DNA of 64,000 nt from Erythrobacteraceae bacterium (lineage in GTDB: Bacteria > Pseudomonadota > Alphaproteobacteria > Sphingomonadales > Sphingomonadaceae), in contig CANJYE010000007.1 of the NCBI GenBank assembly GCA_947479055.1, positions 19,704 through 83,703 of the forward strand. The letters run 5' to 3'. Below the pieces are notes generated by a model. The model was not told the DNA's origin. It did no database searches and was given only the letters and a program-made list of their open reading frames with translations. Position 1 is the first letter of the stretch; each line of letters opens with the position of its first letter. A program made the position numbers and the translations under genes. Positions 19,891 to 30,510 of this stretch are shown here, piece by piece.

Positions 19891-20621
19891 AAGGCGTCCA
19901 GCGCTCGCGGCAGGGCGATGTTGAGACCCATCAGGAACGAGACCGCCAGCAGCCCGTCCACCCGGTCAAACAGGCCGCCATGTCCGGGAATAAGCTTGCC
20001 GGAATCTTTCACCCCGGCGCGCCGCTTCATCCAGCTCTCGAAGAAGTCGCCGGTCTGCGCGACCACCGCGACGACCATGCCACCCAGCAGCACCTCCAGC
20101 CAGTCCTTGCCGTGGAGCTCGCCACCTGTCCAGGGCGACAGCAGAGCAAGAGCCAGGCTCGCCATCACGATACCGCCGCAGAGGCCCGCCCAGGTTTTTG
20201 ATGGACTGATCGCGGGCGCAATTCTGGGGCCGCCAATTGTCCGTCCGGCAAAATAGGCGCCGATATCCGTGGCGATCACCGGCAGAATGATGGTCAGGGT
20301 CAGGCCAATTGCCTGCCCGTCGGTCAGGATCCGCACGATCCGCAGATAGGCCAGCCCGGAAGCGGCGATCCCGACGTAGAACACGCCGGCGAGCGTCCAG
20401 ATCAACTGCGCAATTGCGGAACGCGCGAAGCGCAAGACCAACTCGCACCATTCCCACACCACGCCCAGCGCAACCAGTGCGACCAGCCCGGTCCAGTACC
20501 AGCCGCCCAGCCAGAGCGCCGCCGCCGCGACCGCGACCATGATCGCGGCAGACAGGGTTCTTACCCCAAGGTCGGATCGCTTCTTTTCATCGCCCGCCAT
20601 AGCGTCGCTCCCTGTTGGCAA
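19887..20621 (-). CDS. cdsA: phosphatidate cytidylyltransferase
   Basis: Polytopic protein with the C-terminal CTP-transferase signature [27 protein letters not shown]. The start is uncertain (20621 or ATG 20600). Confidence 0.85.
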   Translation of the reverse strand: MPTGSDAMAGDEKKRSDLGVRTLSAAIMVAVAAAALWLGGWYWTGLVALVALGVVWEWCELVLRFARSAIAQLIWTLAGVFYVGIAASGLAYLRIVRILTDGQAIGLTLTIILPVIATDIGAYFAGRTIGGPRIAPAISPSKTWAGLCGGIVMASLALALLSPWTGGELHGKDWLEVLLGGMVVAVVAQTGDFFESWMKRRAGVKDSGKLIPGHGGLFDRVDGLLAVSFLMGLNIALPRALDAL

Positions 20622-21273
20622 ACTCGGTCAGCGCCTGTTCCAGATGGCCGACCGTGAAATCAGGCCATAGCACATCGGTGAAATAGAGTTCGGCATAGGC
20701 CGCCTGCCACAGCAGGAAATTCGACAGCCTGACTTCGCCCGACGTGCGCACCAGCAGGTCGAGCGGTGGCAGATCGGCGGTGTCGAGCTCGGCAGCGAGG
20801 CTGTCCAGCGTGATCACGCCCCGGGCCGCCGCTGCATTGGCCGCGCGGACAATCTCCTGCTGCGAGCCATAATTGAGCGCCACCGCCAGCGTCCCGCCCC
20901 GACCTCCAGCGGTCTTGGCCAGCGCACCTTCGATCAAAGTGACAAGATCGCCGGGCAAAACCCTATAATCGCCAATGATCTTCAACTTGACATCATTGGT
21001 GATAAATTCGTTGAGATCGCTTTTGATGAAGTGCCGTAGCAGGCCCATCAGATCGCTGACCTCGTCTTCCGGCCGCTTCCAGTTTTCCGAGGAGAAGGCG
21101 TAGAGCGTCAGCGTGTCGATCCCCAGCGGTCGGATTGCCCGGACCAGCGCCCGCACCGCCTCCACCCCGCGCCGATGCCCCATCGCGCGCGGCAAGTGGC
21201 GCTGCTTGGCCCAGCGACCGTTGCCGTCCATGATGATCGCCACATGGCGCGCGCCGTGGGCGGAATGGCTCAT
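20587..21273 (-). CDS. uppS: undecaprenyl diphosphate synthase
   Basis: 228 aa with [13 protein letters not shown] and FSSENWKRP motifs. Confidence 0.92.
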   Translation of the reverse strand: MSHSAHGARHVAIIMDGNGRWAKQRHLPRAMGHRRGVEAVRALVRAIRPLGIDTLTLYAFSSENWKRPEDEVSDLMGLLRHFIKSDLNEFITNDVKLKIIGDYRVLPGDLVTLIEGALAKTAGGRGGTLAVALNYGSQQEIVRAANAAAARGVITLDSLAAELDTADLPPLDLLVRTSGEVRLSNFLLWQAAYAELYFTDVLWPDFTVGHLEQALTEFANRERRYGGR

Positions 21274-21324
21274 GCGAGAATCACCGCGCAGGCTCGTATC
21301 GGGCGAAGGCAGGCAATCGCGACT

Positions 21325-21882
21325 TCACTGGCCCAGGATTTCCTTTTCCTTCGACGCTGCGGCCTCGTCGGCCAGCTTCACGAACTGGTCGGTGATTTTC
21401 TGGACTTCCTCTTCCTTGCGCTTGCGGTCGTCTTCGCTGATTTCCTTCTTCTTTTCATCTTCCTTCAGCGATTCCATCCCATCTCGGCGGACATTGCGGA
21501 TCGCGATGCGGGCCTTTTCGGCATATTGGCTGGCCAGCTTGGCCAGTTCCTTGCGCCGTTCCGCCGTCATGTCGGGGATCGGCAGCCGGATGTTCTGGCC
21601 GTCGGTAATCGGATTGATGCCGAGCCCGGCGTTGCGGATCGCCTTTTCCACCGGGGTCATGTTGGACCGGTCCCACACCTGCACGGTCAACATGCGCGGT
21701 TCCGGCGCGGAAACGGTCGCCACCTGGTTCAGCGGCATCATTGCACCGTAAACCTCGACCTGGATCGGATCGAGCAGGCTGACGTTGGCCCGGCCCGTGC
21801 GCAGACCGCCGAGGTCGCTCTTCAGCGAATCGACCGCACCCTGCATCCGCCGCTCGATGTCGGCTTTCTCATACTTTGCCAT
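21325..21882 (-). CDS. frr: ribosome recycling factor
   Basis: 185 aa with typical Frr sequence ([28 protein letters not shown]). Confidence 0.95.
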   Translation of the reverse strand: MAKYEKADIERRMQGAVDSLKSDLGGLRTGRANVSLLDPIQVEVYGAMMPLNQVATVSAPEPRMLTVQVWDRSNMTPVEKAIRNAGLGINPITDGQNIRLPIPDMTAERRKELAKLASQYAEKARIAIRNVRRDGMESLKEDEKKKEISEDDRKRKEEEVQKITDQFVKLADEAAASKEKEILGQ

Positions 21883-21885
21883 AGG

Positions 21886-22608
21886 TCACGCTTCCTCCTG
21901 CACAATGGTCTGGACACCTTCGCCCGCCAGCACCCGCGCGACATTGCCCTTCTCGCGGATCGAGAAGACGACGATCGGGATATGGTTCTCGCGGCACAGC
22001 GCGACGGCGGCGGCATCCATCACTTTCAGATTGTCGGACAACACCCGGTCATAGCTAATTGTATCATAGCGGGTGGCAGCTGGGTTCTTCTTGGGATCGC
22101 TGTCATATACGCCGTCCACGCTAGTGCCCTTCAGCAAGGCATCGCAGCCCATTTCCGCCGCGCGCAGCGCCGCGCCGGTATCGGTGGTGAAGAACGGGTT
22201 GCCGGTACCGGCGGCAAAGATCACCACCCGGCCCTTCTGCAGATGCCGCTCTGCCCGGCGACGGATATAGGGTTCGCACACCGTCGCCATCGGGATGGCG
22301 GACTGGACCCGCGTTTCCACTCCCAGCCGCTCCAGCGCGTTCTGCATGGCCAGCGCGTTCATCACCGTGGCCAGCATGCCCATGTAATCGCCGGTAGTGC
22401 GGTCCAGCCCTTTCGATGCGCCCGAAATGCCCCGGAAAATATTGCCGCCGCCGATGACTAGGCAGATTTCAAGGCCGGTGTCCCGCGCCGCCTTCACTTC
22501 CTCGGCCAGCCGGGTGACGAAAGCGGGATCAATGCCGAACTGCTGCTCGCCCATCAGCACCTCGCCCGACAGCTTGAGCAGGATGCGTTTGAACTTCGGC
22601 AGGGCCAT
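21886..22608 (-). CDS. pyrH: UMP kinase
   Basis: 240 aa, [12 protein letters not shown]...[10 protein letters not shown]...[11 protein letters not shown]. Confidence 0.95.
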   Translation of the reverse strand: MALPKFKRILLKLSGEVLMGEQQFGIDPAFVTRLAEEVKAARDTGLEICLVIGGGNIFRGISGASKGLDRTTGDYMGMLATVMNALAMQNALERLGVETRVQSAIPMATVCEPYIRRRAERHLQKGRVVIFAAGTGNPFFTTDTGAALRAAEMGCDALLKGTSVDGVYDSDPKKNPAATRYDTISYDRVLSDNLKVMDAAAVALCRENHIPIVVFSIREKGNVARVLAGEGVQTIVQEEA

Positions 22609-22700
22609 CGTGAACCTTCTTGCGAATGTGGGGCGGGCGCGGCCCTTATAGTGCGACGGGCCCGCCTGCCAAGAGGCGCGACCCTGCCCGCGGTGGATAC

Positions 22701-22735
22701 GAAAAGCCCCGCGAGGCCGAAGCCGCGCGGGGCCG
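22701..22735 (-). terminator. rho-independent terminator candidate downstream of tsf
   Basis: Minus-strand stem GCCCCGCG...CGCGGGGC followed by TTTTC, 20 nt after the tsf stop. Confidence 0.5.
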
Positions 22736-22754
22736 TTTCCGGCATTGCTGCTGC

Positions 22755-23681
22755 TTAGAGACCGGCGGCAGCGGCGACTTCGGCGGCGAAGTCGCTCTCT
22801 TCCTTCTCGATGCCCTCGCCGAGCTGGAAGCGGACATAATCCTTCAGCACGATCTTCGCACCAGCATCCTTGCCCGCCTTCTCGACGACCTGGGCTACCG
22901 GGGTCTTGTTGTCCATCACGAAGATCTGGCTGAGCAGCGCGTTCTCCTTGGCGAACTTGCTGATCGCGCCATCGACCATCTTGGCCTGGACATCAGCCGG
23001 CTTGCCGCTCTCGGCAGCCTTTTCGGCCGCGATCGCGCGCTCACGCTCGATCACTGCGGGATCGAGCCCGCTGGCATCCAGCGCCTGTGGGAAGGCCGCC
23101 GCGATGTGCATCGCCAGCTGCTTGCCCAGCGCTTCGAGCACATCGGCGCCCGCTTCGCTTTCCAGCGCGACCAGCACGCCGATCTTGCCGAGGTTGGGCG
23201 CGGCGGCGTTGTGCATGTAGGGCACGATCAGGCCCCGGTCGACCGTCACGGTCTTCATCCGGCGGATCTGCTGGTTCTCGCCAATGGTGGCGACATTGTT
23301 TGTCAGCTTTTCACCAACCGTGCCGCCATCGGGATAGGCTGCGGTCTTCAACTCCTCGACATCGTCGCTGGCGGCATCGAGCGCCTTGGCGGTCACCTTA
23401 CGGACGAAATCCTGGAACTGGTCGTTCTTGGCAACGAAGTCGGTCTCGGAATTGACCTCGACCGCCACTCCACGCATGCCGGTCACGGCCACGCCGACCA
23501 GCCCTTCGGCGGCGGTGCGACTTGATTTCTTGGCGGCAGCAGCCAGGCCCTTGGCGCGCAGCGCATCAACCGCAGCCTCGAGGTCGCCGCTGGTCTCTTC
23601 CAGCGCCTTCTTGCAATCCATCATGCCGGCGCCAGTGCGCTCGCGCAGGTTCTTCACGTCAGCGGCAGTATAAGCAGCCAT
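22755..23681 (-). CDS. tsf: elongation factor Ts
   Basis: Start at [27 protein letters not shown] (ATG 23681). The longer ORF start lies upstream of a typical EF-Ts N-terminus. Confidence 0.93.
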   Translation of the reverse strand: MAAYTAADVKNLRERTGAGMMDCKKALEETSGDLEAAVDALRAKGLAAAAKKSSRTAAEGLVGVAVTGMRGVAVEVNSETDFVAKNDQFQDFVRKVTAKALDAASDDVEELKTAAYPDGGTVGEKLTNNVATIGENQQIRRMKTVTVDRGLIVPYMHNAAAPNLGKIGVLVALESEAGADVLEALGKQLAMHIAAAFPQALDASGLDPAVIERERAIAAEKAAESGKPADVQAKMVDGAISKFAKENALLSQIFVMDNKTPVAQVVEKAGKDAGAKIVLKDYVRFQLGEGIEKEESDFAAEVAAAAGL

Positions 23682-23787
23682 CGACTCACCCTTTCGAATT
23701 TCACAATTTGCGCCAGACCCCGATGATCCCGGGATCATGCCAGTGGTCCGGCGCGTTAGGTCTCAATCTTGTCAGGCCGGCGACGGC

Positions 23788-24573
23788 TCAGCCCTCGGCA
23801 GCCGGAGCTTCTTCAGCCACGACTTCGATCGCTGCTTCCACCGGCGGCTGTTCCATCGCACCGAAATCGGCACCCGAATCGATCACGCCGTCGCGACGGC
23901 CCGTCTGGGCAGCCTGGGCAATTGCGTCGCAATAGAGGCGCACGGCGCGGGCCGCATCGTCATTGCCGGGAACAGGGAAGGAAATGCCCGAGGGATCGAC
24001 ATTGGTGTCGAGCACGGCCACGACCGGAATGCCAAGGACATTGGCTTCCTTGATCGCCAGCTCTTCCTTGTTGGCGTCGATCACGAACATCACGTCCGGA
24101 ATGCCGCCCATGTCGCGGATGCCGCCCAGCGACAGCTCGAGCTTGTCACGCTCGCGGGTCAGCTGGAGGACTTCCTTTTTCGTAAGGCCCGAGGTGCTGC
24201 CCGAAAGTTGTTCCTCAAGGGTCTTGAGGCGCTTGATCGAACCGGAGATGGTCTTCCAGTTGGTGAGCATGCCGCCCAGCCAGCGATGGTTGACGAAATG
24301 CTGGTTGCAGCGGCGGGCGGCCTCAGCAATCGGCTCCTGCGCCTGACGCTTGGTACCAACGAACAGCACCTTGCCGCCGGCCTGGACCGTGGCGGAAACG
24401 AAGTCGAGCGCGCGCGCGAACAGCGGCACGGTCTGCGACAGGTCGATGATGTGAACCCCGTTGCGAGCGCCGAAGATATACGGCTTCATCCGCGGGTTCC
24501 AGCGGTGGGTCTGATGGCCAAAATGGGCACCGGCCTCGATCAATTGCTGCATGCTGACGGTAGGGGCCGCCAT
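23788..24573 (-). CDS. rpsB: 30S ribosomal protein S2
   Basis: Start at [27 protein letters not shown] (ATG 24573), a canonical S2 N-terminus. Confidence 0.93.
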   Translation of the reverse strand: MAAPTVSMQQLIEAGAHFGHQTHRWNPRMKPYIFGARNGVHIIDLSQTVPLFARALDFVSATVQAGGKVLFVGTKRQAQEPIAEAARRCNQHFVNHRWLGGMLTNWKTISGSIKRLKTLEEQLSGSTSGLTKKEVLQLTRERDKLELSLGGIRDMGGIPDVMFVIDANKEELAIKEANVLGIPVVAVLDTNVDPSGISFPVPGNDDAARAVRLYCDAIAQAAQTGRRDGVIDSGADFGAMEQPPVEAAIEVVAEEAPAAEG

Positions 24574-24946
24574 AGGTAATTCCTTTCCGGTTGTGCCTCT
24601 GGAAGACTGGAACCTGATGGCGGAAGGGTGTTTGCCCTTTGACCGCGCCAGGCACCGGTATGTGCGCCTTCCATGTGGATTTGCCCGCAAGGAAGAATGC
24701 GCCGGAATGGCGTATTCCCATCAAGGGCGCGCGGCGCTTAGCCGTATTGGCAACCGGAATCCAGCATCAAATGAGGAAATCGACGCGCACCACGCCGCAA
24801 AAAGGCGCTTGACAGGTCAGAACAAAAAGGGAACAAGGCGTTCCACCGGGGTGGCGTCGCCTGTCTGATACCCCCGGATAAGGGTTTTCCACAAGCCCCT
24901 CGTGACGTTCGGTCAGAACGGGAGGGGCAGGCAAAGGCGGTTCGTG

Positions 24947-25216
24947 ATGATTGCGTTCTCGATCTCCATCCTGTTCTGCACTTCCGCCGCGATCGCGTTG
25001 GCGGTGATAGGTCATTCGCTCCTGGTCGCCAGCCGCGCCTATGGCGAAACCAGCGCAGCGCTGGCCCGCTGCGCGGAATACCAAGATTTTCTCGTGAGGA
25101 TGGAGGAACTGCAGGTCCGCCCGTCTCTGCCCCGGGTGCGGACGCGACTGATCAGTCCGGTGCCTGCCCCGCAGCGGAAGATGCCTGCGCGGCGGCTGCT
25201 GCGCGCTGCCGCCTGA
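24947..25216 (+). CDS. small membrane protein, hypothetical (doubtful)
   Basis: 89 aa from an ATG preceded by AAAGGCGG, with one TM helix (IAFSISILFCTSAAIALAVIG). Its 3' end overlaps convergent pssA by 65 nt, which argues against it being real. Confidence 0.25.
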   Translation: MIAFSISILFCTSAAIALAVIGHSLLVASRAYGETSAALARCAEYQDFLVRMEELQVRPSLPRVRTRLISPVPAPQRKMPARRLLRAAA

Positions 25217-25997
25217 CCCGGGCGTAACGCACCATCCCCAGCGGCATCAGCAGCAGATATCCGGCGCAGATTGCCACCAGCGTCCACCACGTCTCGTTCA
25301 GCAGTCCGGCAAACACCAGCCCCGCCAGCACCAGCAGTTCCAACCGAACATTGCGGCGCGGGCGCAGCGAGGTCCAACTCAGCGTGGCCAGGTTGGAAAT
25401 CATCAGGAAAGCGATGATCGCCACCCAGACCGCCACGAAGACCGGTTCGCGAAACAGCGGCTCGCCACTGGCAAGCCACAGGTAGAGCGGCAGGAACGCC
25501 AGCCCTGCCCCGACCGGCGCCGGAACGCCGGTAAGAAACCCGGCCGACTTGTGCGGCTGGACATCCATGTCGATGCGGGCATTGAATCGAGCCAGGCGCA
25601 GGGCGCAGCACAGCGCGAAGGCCAGCGCGGCAAACCAGCCCAGCCGCGGAAGCTGCTGCAACGACCAGAGGTACAGGATCAGCGCGGGCGCCATGCCGAA
25701 GGACAGCGAATCGGCCAGGCTGTCCAGTTCCGCTCCGAATCGCGATTCGGCCTTGAGCAGGCGCGCGATCCGCCCGTCGATCCCATCCAGCATCCCTGCG
25801 AACAGAACCGCAAGCGCCGCCTTTTCCCAATCGCCATTGATCGCAAAGCGGATGCCGGTCAGCCCGGTGCAGAGCGCGGCGGCAGTTATCGCATTGGGCG
25901 CCAGCGCACGCAGTGTCAGCCCCCGGCGCAGGCGACGGCCCGGCATGGCAGGCGATTCGTCGGGATCATCAAACGGGTCGCCGGGTGCCGGCGTCAC
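25152..25997 (-). CDS. pssA: CDP-diacylglycerol--serine O-phosphatidyltransferase
   Basis: CDP-alcohol phosphatidyltransferase motif [30 protein letters not shown] overlap with the psd stop. An alternative start is at MPGRRL. Confidence 0.88.
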   Translation of the reverse strand: MTPAPGDPFDDPDESPAMPGRRLRRGLTLRALAPNAITAAALCTGLTGIRFAINGDWEKAALAVLFAGMLDGIDGRIARLLKAESRFGAELDSLADSLSFGMAPALILYLWSLQQLPRLGWFAALAFALCCALRLARFNARIDMDVQPHKSAGFLTGVPAPVGAGLAFLPLYLWLASGEPLFREPVFVAVWVAIIAFLMISNLATLSWTSLRPRRNVRLELLVLAGLVFAGLLNETWWTLVAICAGYLLLMPLGMVRYARVRRQRAAAAAQASSAAGQAPD

Positions 25998-26743
25998 TGG
26001 CTGATCCCTTCCAGCATTGCCTGCTGGCCCAGTTCGGCCAGGACAGTTTCGCCCGCAATGATCTTCTGTCCGACGATCACCTTCGAATCCGTGCCTTTGG
26101 GCAGGTAGACATCGACCCGGCTGCCAAACCGGATCAGCCCAACTCGCTGGCCCGCAGCCAGAATATCTCCCGGCTTGACGAAGGGAACAATCCGCCGCGC
26201 CACCAACCCGGCAATCTGGGTGAAGCCAATCGCGATGCCATCCTGCCGTTCGATCAGGATGTGCTGCCGTTCATTCTCCTCGCTCGCCTTGTCGAGATCG
26301 GCATTCATGAACTTGCCGGGAATATAGATGACGCGCCGCACGCTGCCGCCCACTGGTGCACGATTGATGTGCACATCGAACACGCTCATGAAGATCGAAA
26401 TCCGGGTCAGCGGGCCGGCGCCAAGGCCGCGGCCACCGGCGGCATCATCCAACTGAAGTTCACGCGGCGGCTCGACTTCGCAAATCAGCGACACCAGTCC
26501 GTCGGCCGGGGCGATGATGGCCCGGTCCTGCTGCGGCACGATCCGCTCCGGATCGCGAAAGAAGGCGAGAACCCCCAATGTCAGGACTGCCACCGGCCAT
26601 GCAACCGTTTCCCAGGCGAGCAGCGCCGCGACCAGGCTGATGCCTGCCGCAATCAGCCCGAACTTGCGCCCCTCGGGATGAATCGCCGGCCATTTCCAGC
26701 CCGCGTCACCCCGCCCTTTGTTATCGAACAATTCTCCAGCCAT
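25994..26743 (-). CDS. psd: phosphatidylserine decarboxylase proenzyme
   Basis: Start at [10 protein letters not shown] (26743). Contains the FGSRVDVY self-cleavage (G-S) region typical of short Psd proteins. Confidence 0.88.
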   Translation of the reverse strand: MAGELFDNKGRGDAGWKWPAIHPEGRKFGLIAAGISLVAALLAWETVAWPVAVLTLGVLAFFRDPERIVPQQDRAIIAPADGLVSLICEVEPPRELQLDDAAGGRGLGAGPLTRISIFMSVFDVHINRAPVGGSVRRVIYIPGKFMNADLDKASEENERQHILIERQDGIAIGFTQIAGLVARRIVPFVKPGDILAAGQRVGLIRFGSRVDVYLPKGTDSKVIVGQKIIAGETVLAELGQQAMLEGISQ

Positions 26744-26871
26744 GCCGCCATCTAGGCGCTGTGCGGCCCCGGAACAAGCGGGTTGGATAAGCATGGCTGC
26801 GAAGGCCCGTTAAGCATTTGGTTAACCTTGTCCTTTATGGCCTTGGTATCAGATAGGCCCGGAGTGCGTTG

Positions 26872-27993
26872 ATGAAGCAGGGGATTATGGCAGGTTACAG
26901 CCGCAAGGACGGGCATCTTCCCGATATCATCGCGCAGGTTCCCATCTTCGCCGTGTCATGCATGTTGTTTGCGACCAGTATCGCGATACTGTTTGCCTAT
27001 AATATCCCTGTCGCCCCCGAACTTGCCATCGCCAACGGCAAGTTTCACCTCGGCAGCATCTTCCTGATCCTGCTGTTCGACAGTGCCTATACGCTCGCCC
27101 GCAATCGCCCCGCGCGACCCACGCTGCATCTGTTTCGACGCTATTCGAATGCCGAAATCCGCACTCGCTTCCTCGCCCGGCTTCCGCTGTTCGTGATGAT
27201 AGTTGCCTTCATGCCGGTGTTTTCGAACATGAAGTCGATGATTCCGATGTTCCACGTCTACAATTGGGACGCCACGCTGATCGCATGGGACCACGCCATC
27301 TTCGGAACCGACGCCTGGCTGTTTTTCCAACCCGTGCTGGGCTATCCGATCATCACTTCCGGCCTGGCAATGCTTTATCACGCCTGGATGTTGCTGAATT
27401 ATCCGGGCACGCTGTTCATCCTGTATTACAGCGTCGGCGACCGGATCCGGCACCGCTATTTCCTTTGCTACGTGCTGATCTGGACGATCCTCGGCGTGGC
27501 GCTGGCAACTTCGCTCGCCTCGGTCGGTCCTGCCTTCCTCGAAGCGGTGACGGGCGATCCGCGCTTCGCCGCGCAGATGGCTTATCTCAAGTCCGCCAAT
27601 GAGCTCTATCCGGTGCCCGTGGTCCATGTGCAGGAGTTGCTGCTCGAATGGTATCACAGCAAGGAATACGGCCTTGGCCGCGGCATCACCGCCATGCCTT
27701 CGATGCATGTCTCGATGGCCTTCCTCTATTTCCTGACAATGCGCCATGTATCACGCTGGGCGGGGCGGTTCTTCTTCGTGTTCTTCGCTCTGATCTGGCT
27801 CGCCTCGGTGCATCTTGGCTATCATTATGCGGTCGACGGGCTGGTCTCGGTAATCTCCACCAGCATCCTGTGGGTCGCATCGCAGAGGATTCTCGACTGG
27901 TGGGACCGGGTCCGGCCGGTTCCCACAGCGGATCAGACACTGAACGGCAGCCTCAAGCCGGCGATATCCGGGACGGTGCTGCACAAGGCCTGA
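26872..27993 (+). CDS. polytopic membrane protein, PAP2_3 / AUR1-sphingomyelin-synthase-like lipid phosphotransferase candidate
   Basis: ATG 26872 lies 7 nt after GGAG. About 8 TM helices. C2-like motif AMPSMHVS and C3-like motif VHLGYHYAVDG, spaced as in PAP2-type lipid phosphate transferases. Confidence 0.75.
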   Translation: MKQGIMAGYSRKDGHLPDIIAQVPIFAVSCMLFATSIAILFAYNIPVAPELAIANGKFHLGSIFLILLFDSAYTLARNRPARPTLHLFRRYSNAEIRTRFLARLPLFVMIVAFMPVFSNMKSMIPMFHVYNWDATLIAWDHAIFGTDAWLFFQPVLGYPIITSGLAMLYHAWMLLNYPGTLFILYYSVGDRIRHRYFLCYVLIWTILGVALATSLASVGPAFLEAVTGDPRFAAQMAYLKSANELYPVPVVHVQELLLEWYHSKEYGLGRGITAMPSMHVSMAFLYFLTMRHVSRWAGRFFFVFFALIWLASVHLGYHYAVDGLVSVISTSILWVASQRILDWWDRVRPVPTADQTLNGSLKPAISGTVLHKA

Positions 27994-28002
27994 AGGCAGC
28001 GG

Positions 28003-28088
28003 TGGTGGACAGGGGTGGATTCGAACCACCGTACGCTCTCGCGGGCAGATTTACAGTCTGCTGCCATTAACCACTCGGCCACCTGTCC
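28003..28088 (-). tRNA. tRNA-Tyr (GUA)
   Basis: Minus strand GGACAGGTGGCCGAGTGGTTAATGGC...CAGACTGTAAATCTG...long variable arm...GGTTCGAATCC...CCTGTCCACCA. Class II tRNA with a GTA anticodon. Confidence 0.92.
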
Positions 28089-28238
28089 ACACCATTGCCG
28101 GTGGCGGGTCGCCCCGCAAAAAGAGGCCCCGTGAAGGGGCCGCCCGGCCGAGAGGCGCCCCAATGGCGAAGCGGCGCTTGCCTGTCAATGGGGCGGCTGG
28201 CAGGAGGGCCGGATCAATCCGCCAGCAGGGAGTAATTC

Positions 28239-29030
28239 ATGGCCAATCGCGACAGCAAACGCGCTCCAAGAGGGCGCGCAGGTCGCATGCAGGGCGGGCG
28301 CGGCAGTGGCCGGACCAACAAGGCCGCGGTTCGCCTGTGGGGTCGCCACGCGGTGGAGGCCGCGCTCAAGAACCCCGACCGCGTCCACCGCAAGCTCTGG
28401 GCGACCCGCGAGGGGATCGAATCGCTGGATGGCGAACTGCCCGCCGATTTCCCGCTGGAATACGCTTCTCCCGCCGATCTCGGCCGACTTGTCTCGAAGG
28501 ATGCACCGCACCAGGGACTTGTACTGGAGTGCGAGCCGCTGGATGACCGTTTTCTCGACGAAGTGCTCGATGCCGACCCGGCGAGGCCACTGGTGGTGCT
28601 CGACCAGGTAACCGATCCGCACAATATCGGGGCAGTGCTACGCTCTGCCGCCGCCTTCAACGCCTGCGCGATCGTAACGCAGGATCGCCATTCCCCGCTG
28701 GAATCCGGCGTGGTCGCCAAATCGGCGTCGGGCGCGCTGGAATTGGTTCCGTGGGTGCGAGTGGTCAACCTCGCCCGCGCGCTGGAGGAGATTGCCGAGG
28801 CCGGATACTGGCGGATCGGCCTCGCTGGCGAAGCTGAAACCACGCTCGCCGCGGCACTTCCGGTCGGCCCGGTCGCGCTTGTTCTCGGTGCGGAAGGCGA
28901 AGGGATGCGCCACAATATCACCGAGCATTGCGATTCGCTGGCAAGGCTGCCGATCAGCGAGGCGATGGAGAGCCTCAATGTCTCCAACGCGGCCGCTGTC
29001 GCCCTTTATGCCGTGGCGACCCGCGGTTGA
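28239..29030 (+). CDS. rlmB: TrmH/SpoU family 23S rRNA 2'-O-methyltransferase (RlmB-like)
   Basis: 263 aa with SpoU motifs LDQVTDPHNIGAVLRSA, LVLGAEGEGM and LNVSNAAAVALY. Confidence 0.85.
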   Translation: MANRDSKRAPRGRAGRMQGGRGSGRTNKAAVRLWGRHAVEAALKNPDRVHRKLWATREGIESLDGELPADFPLEYASPADLGRLVSKDAPHQGLVLECEPLDDRFLDEVLDADPARPLVVLDQVTDPHNIGAVLRSAAAFNACAIVTQDRHSPLESGVVAKSASGALELVPWVRVVNLARALEEIAEAGYWRIGLAGEAETTLAAALPVGPVALVLGAEGEGMRHNITEHCDSLARLPISEAMESLNVSNAAAVALYAVATRG

Positions 29031-29050
29031 GCGGATGCCGGGAGAGGAAC

Positions 29051-29911
29051 ATGGATCATCACACGATCACTCGGCGCACCAGGGCAGCAATCGCGGTGAT
29101 GGGGCTGGTCATGCTGCTGGCGGGCTGCATGTTCTCGCCCGGAAAATTCGTGTCCGCACTCGACCTGCGCCGGGACGGCAGTTTCACCTTCAGTTACCAG
29201 GGCGAGATCCATGTGCTCGCACTGAGCGATCTTGGCGGAAAAGGCGCGGCAGGGGCAGACTTCACGCCCTCGCCCTGCCAAGACTACGACAATGACGGCA
29301 ATGAGACTGAGCGCGCCTGCACCGCCGAAGAGGTCAACGCTCAGAAGGCGGAATGGAAGGCAACGCAGGACCGGGCCGACGAAAAACGCAAGCACGATGC
29401 CGAGCAGATGCGCAGCGTGCTGGGCGGGTTCGACCCATCCGATCCCAAGGCGGCTGAGGAACTGGCCCAGCGCTTGCGCAAACAGGCAGGTTATCGCTCG
29501 GTCGAATACAAGGGCAATGGCCTTTACCTCGTCGATTATGCGATCTCCAGCAGACTGACCCATGATTTCAGCTTCCCGTCGATCGAAGGCTTCGCGATGA
29601 CCAACGCCTTCGTCCAACTCTCTGTTCGGCAGGGCGGAACAGTGCGGATGGATGCGCCGGGCTTTGCCAGTGCGGGCAGTGGCAATCCGATGCAGGCGAT
29701 GCTGGCCGGACTTGGTCCGGAAGCCGCCAAGGCCGGCGGGCCGAAGCTGCCGGTGCCGGATGGCCGTTTCACCCTGACCACGGATGGTGGGATAGTTGCC
29801 AACAATACCGATGAGGCACCGCAGACGATCGCGAGCGGCAAGAGCATGGGCTGGGCGATCAACAACCGCACGAAGGCCGCGCCGATGGCGCTGATCAGCC
29901 TCGGCCAGTAA
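29051..29911 (+). CDS. lipoprotein, hypothetical
   Basis: ATG 29051 follows GGAGAGGAAC. Lipobox LLAGC. No recognisable domain. Confidence 0.7.
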   Translation: MDHHTITRRTRAAIAVMGLVMLLAGCMFSPGKFVSALDLRRDGSFTFSYQGEIHVLALSDLGGKGAAGADFTPSPCQDYDNDGNETERACTAEEVNAQKAEWKATQDRADEKRKHDAEQMRSVLGGFDPSDPKAAEELAQRLRKQAGYRSVEYKGNGLYLVDYAISSRLTHDFSFPSIEGFAMTNAFVQLSVRQGGTVRMDAPGFASAGSGNPMQAMLAGLGPEAAKAGGPKLPVPDGRFTLTTDGGIVANNTDEAPQTIASGKSMGWAINNRTKAAPMALISLGQ

Positions 29912-29920
29912 GCCAACGAC

Positions 29921-29957
29921 AAAGGCCGCCCCTGCGCATGGCAGGGGCGGCCTTTTT
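29921..29957. terminator. bidirectional rho-independent terminator candidate
   Basis: Perfect 15-bp stem AAAGGCCGCCCCTGC / GCAGGGGCGGCCTTT with loop GCAT. It has A-tracts/T-tracts on both sides and lies between convergent genes (the lipoprotein and hupB). Confidence 0.6.
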
Positions 29958-29999
29958 ACTGGACCGGTCGCCAGGCGACCGGTCGAACAGCGTCAATGC

Positions 30000-30272
30000 T
30001 TAGTTGACCGCGTCCTTCAGGCCCTTGCCGGCCTTGAACTTCGGCTGGGCCGAGGCCTTGATGGTCATCGGTTCGCCGGTACGCGGATTGCGGCCGGTCG
30101 AAGCCTTGCGCTTGGCAACCGAGAAGGTCCCGAAACCGACCAACCGGACTTCGTCACCCTTCGAGAGAGCCTTGGTGATGGAATCAAACACGCCCTCGAC
30201 GGCCTTGGTTGCATCGCTGCGGGTAAGGCCGCTTGCATCGGCAACGGCGCCGATCAGATCGTTCTTGTTCAT
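30000..30272 (-). CDS. hupB: HU family DNA-binding protein
   Basis: 90 aa, MNKNDLIGAVA...GFGTFSVAKRKASTGRNPRTGEPM. Confidence 0.93.
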   Translation of the reverse strand: MNKNDLIGAVADASGLTRSDATKAVEGVFDSITKALSKGDEVRLVGFGTFSVAKRKASTGRNPRTGEPMTIKASAQPKFKAGKGLKDAVN

Positions 30273-30510
30273 GGTTTTGGAAACCCCCTAAAATTTTTAA
30301 AATTCGCCGCCGCGGAATCACCTCTCCGGCGGGGTCGGAGTTGAGACGCTTTTGTGCCGACTGTCAAAGGCAAAAAGCGCGCAAAAGCGTGGTTTCCCAC
30401 CTTTTCACCGCAATTATCGCTGCGCATCGGGTGCTTTGGCGAACGGACTGGCAGGCCGGGGAGCAACCCGACCCACCAAGCCCTTCGATTCGTCGCAAAA
30501 TCCGCCCGGA

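Noticed and set aside
30289-30304. AT palindrome TAAAATTTTTAAAATT in the hupB 5' region
   Set aside because: It is only 16 nt and lies between the probable promoter and the SD. Without comparative data it cannot be distinguished from a simple AT-rich UTR.
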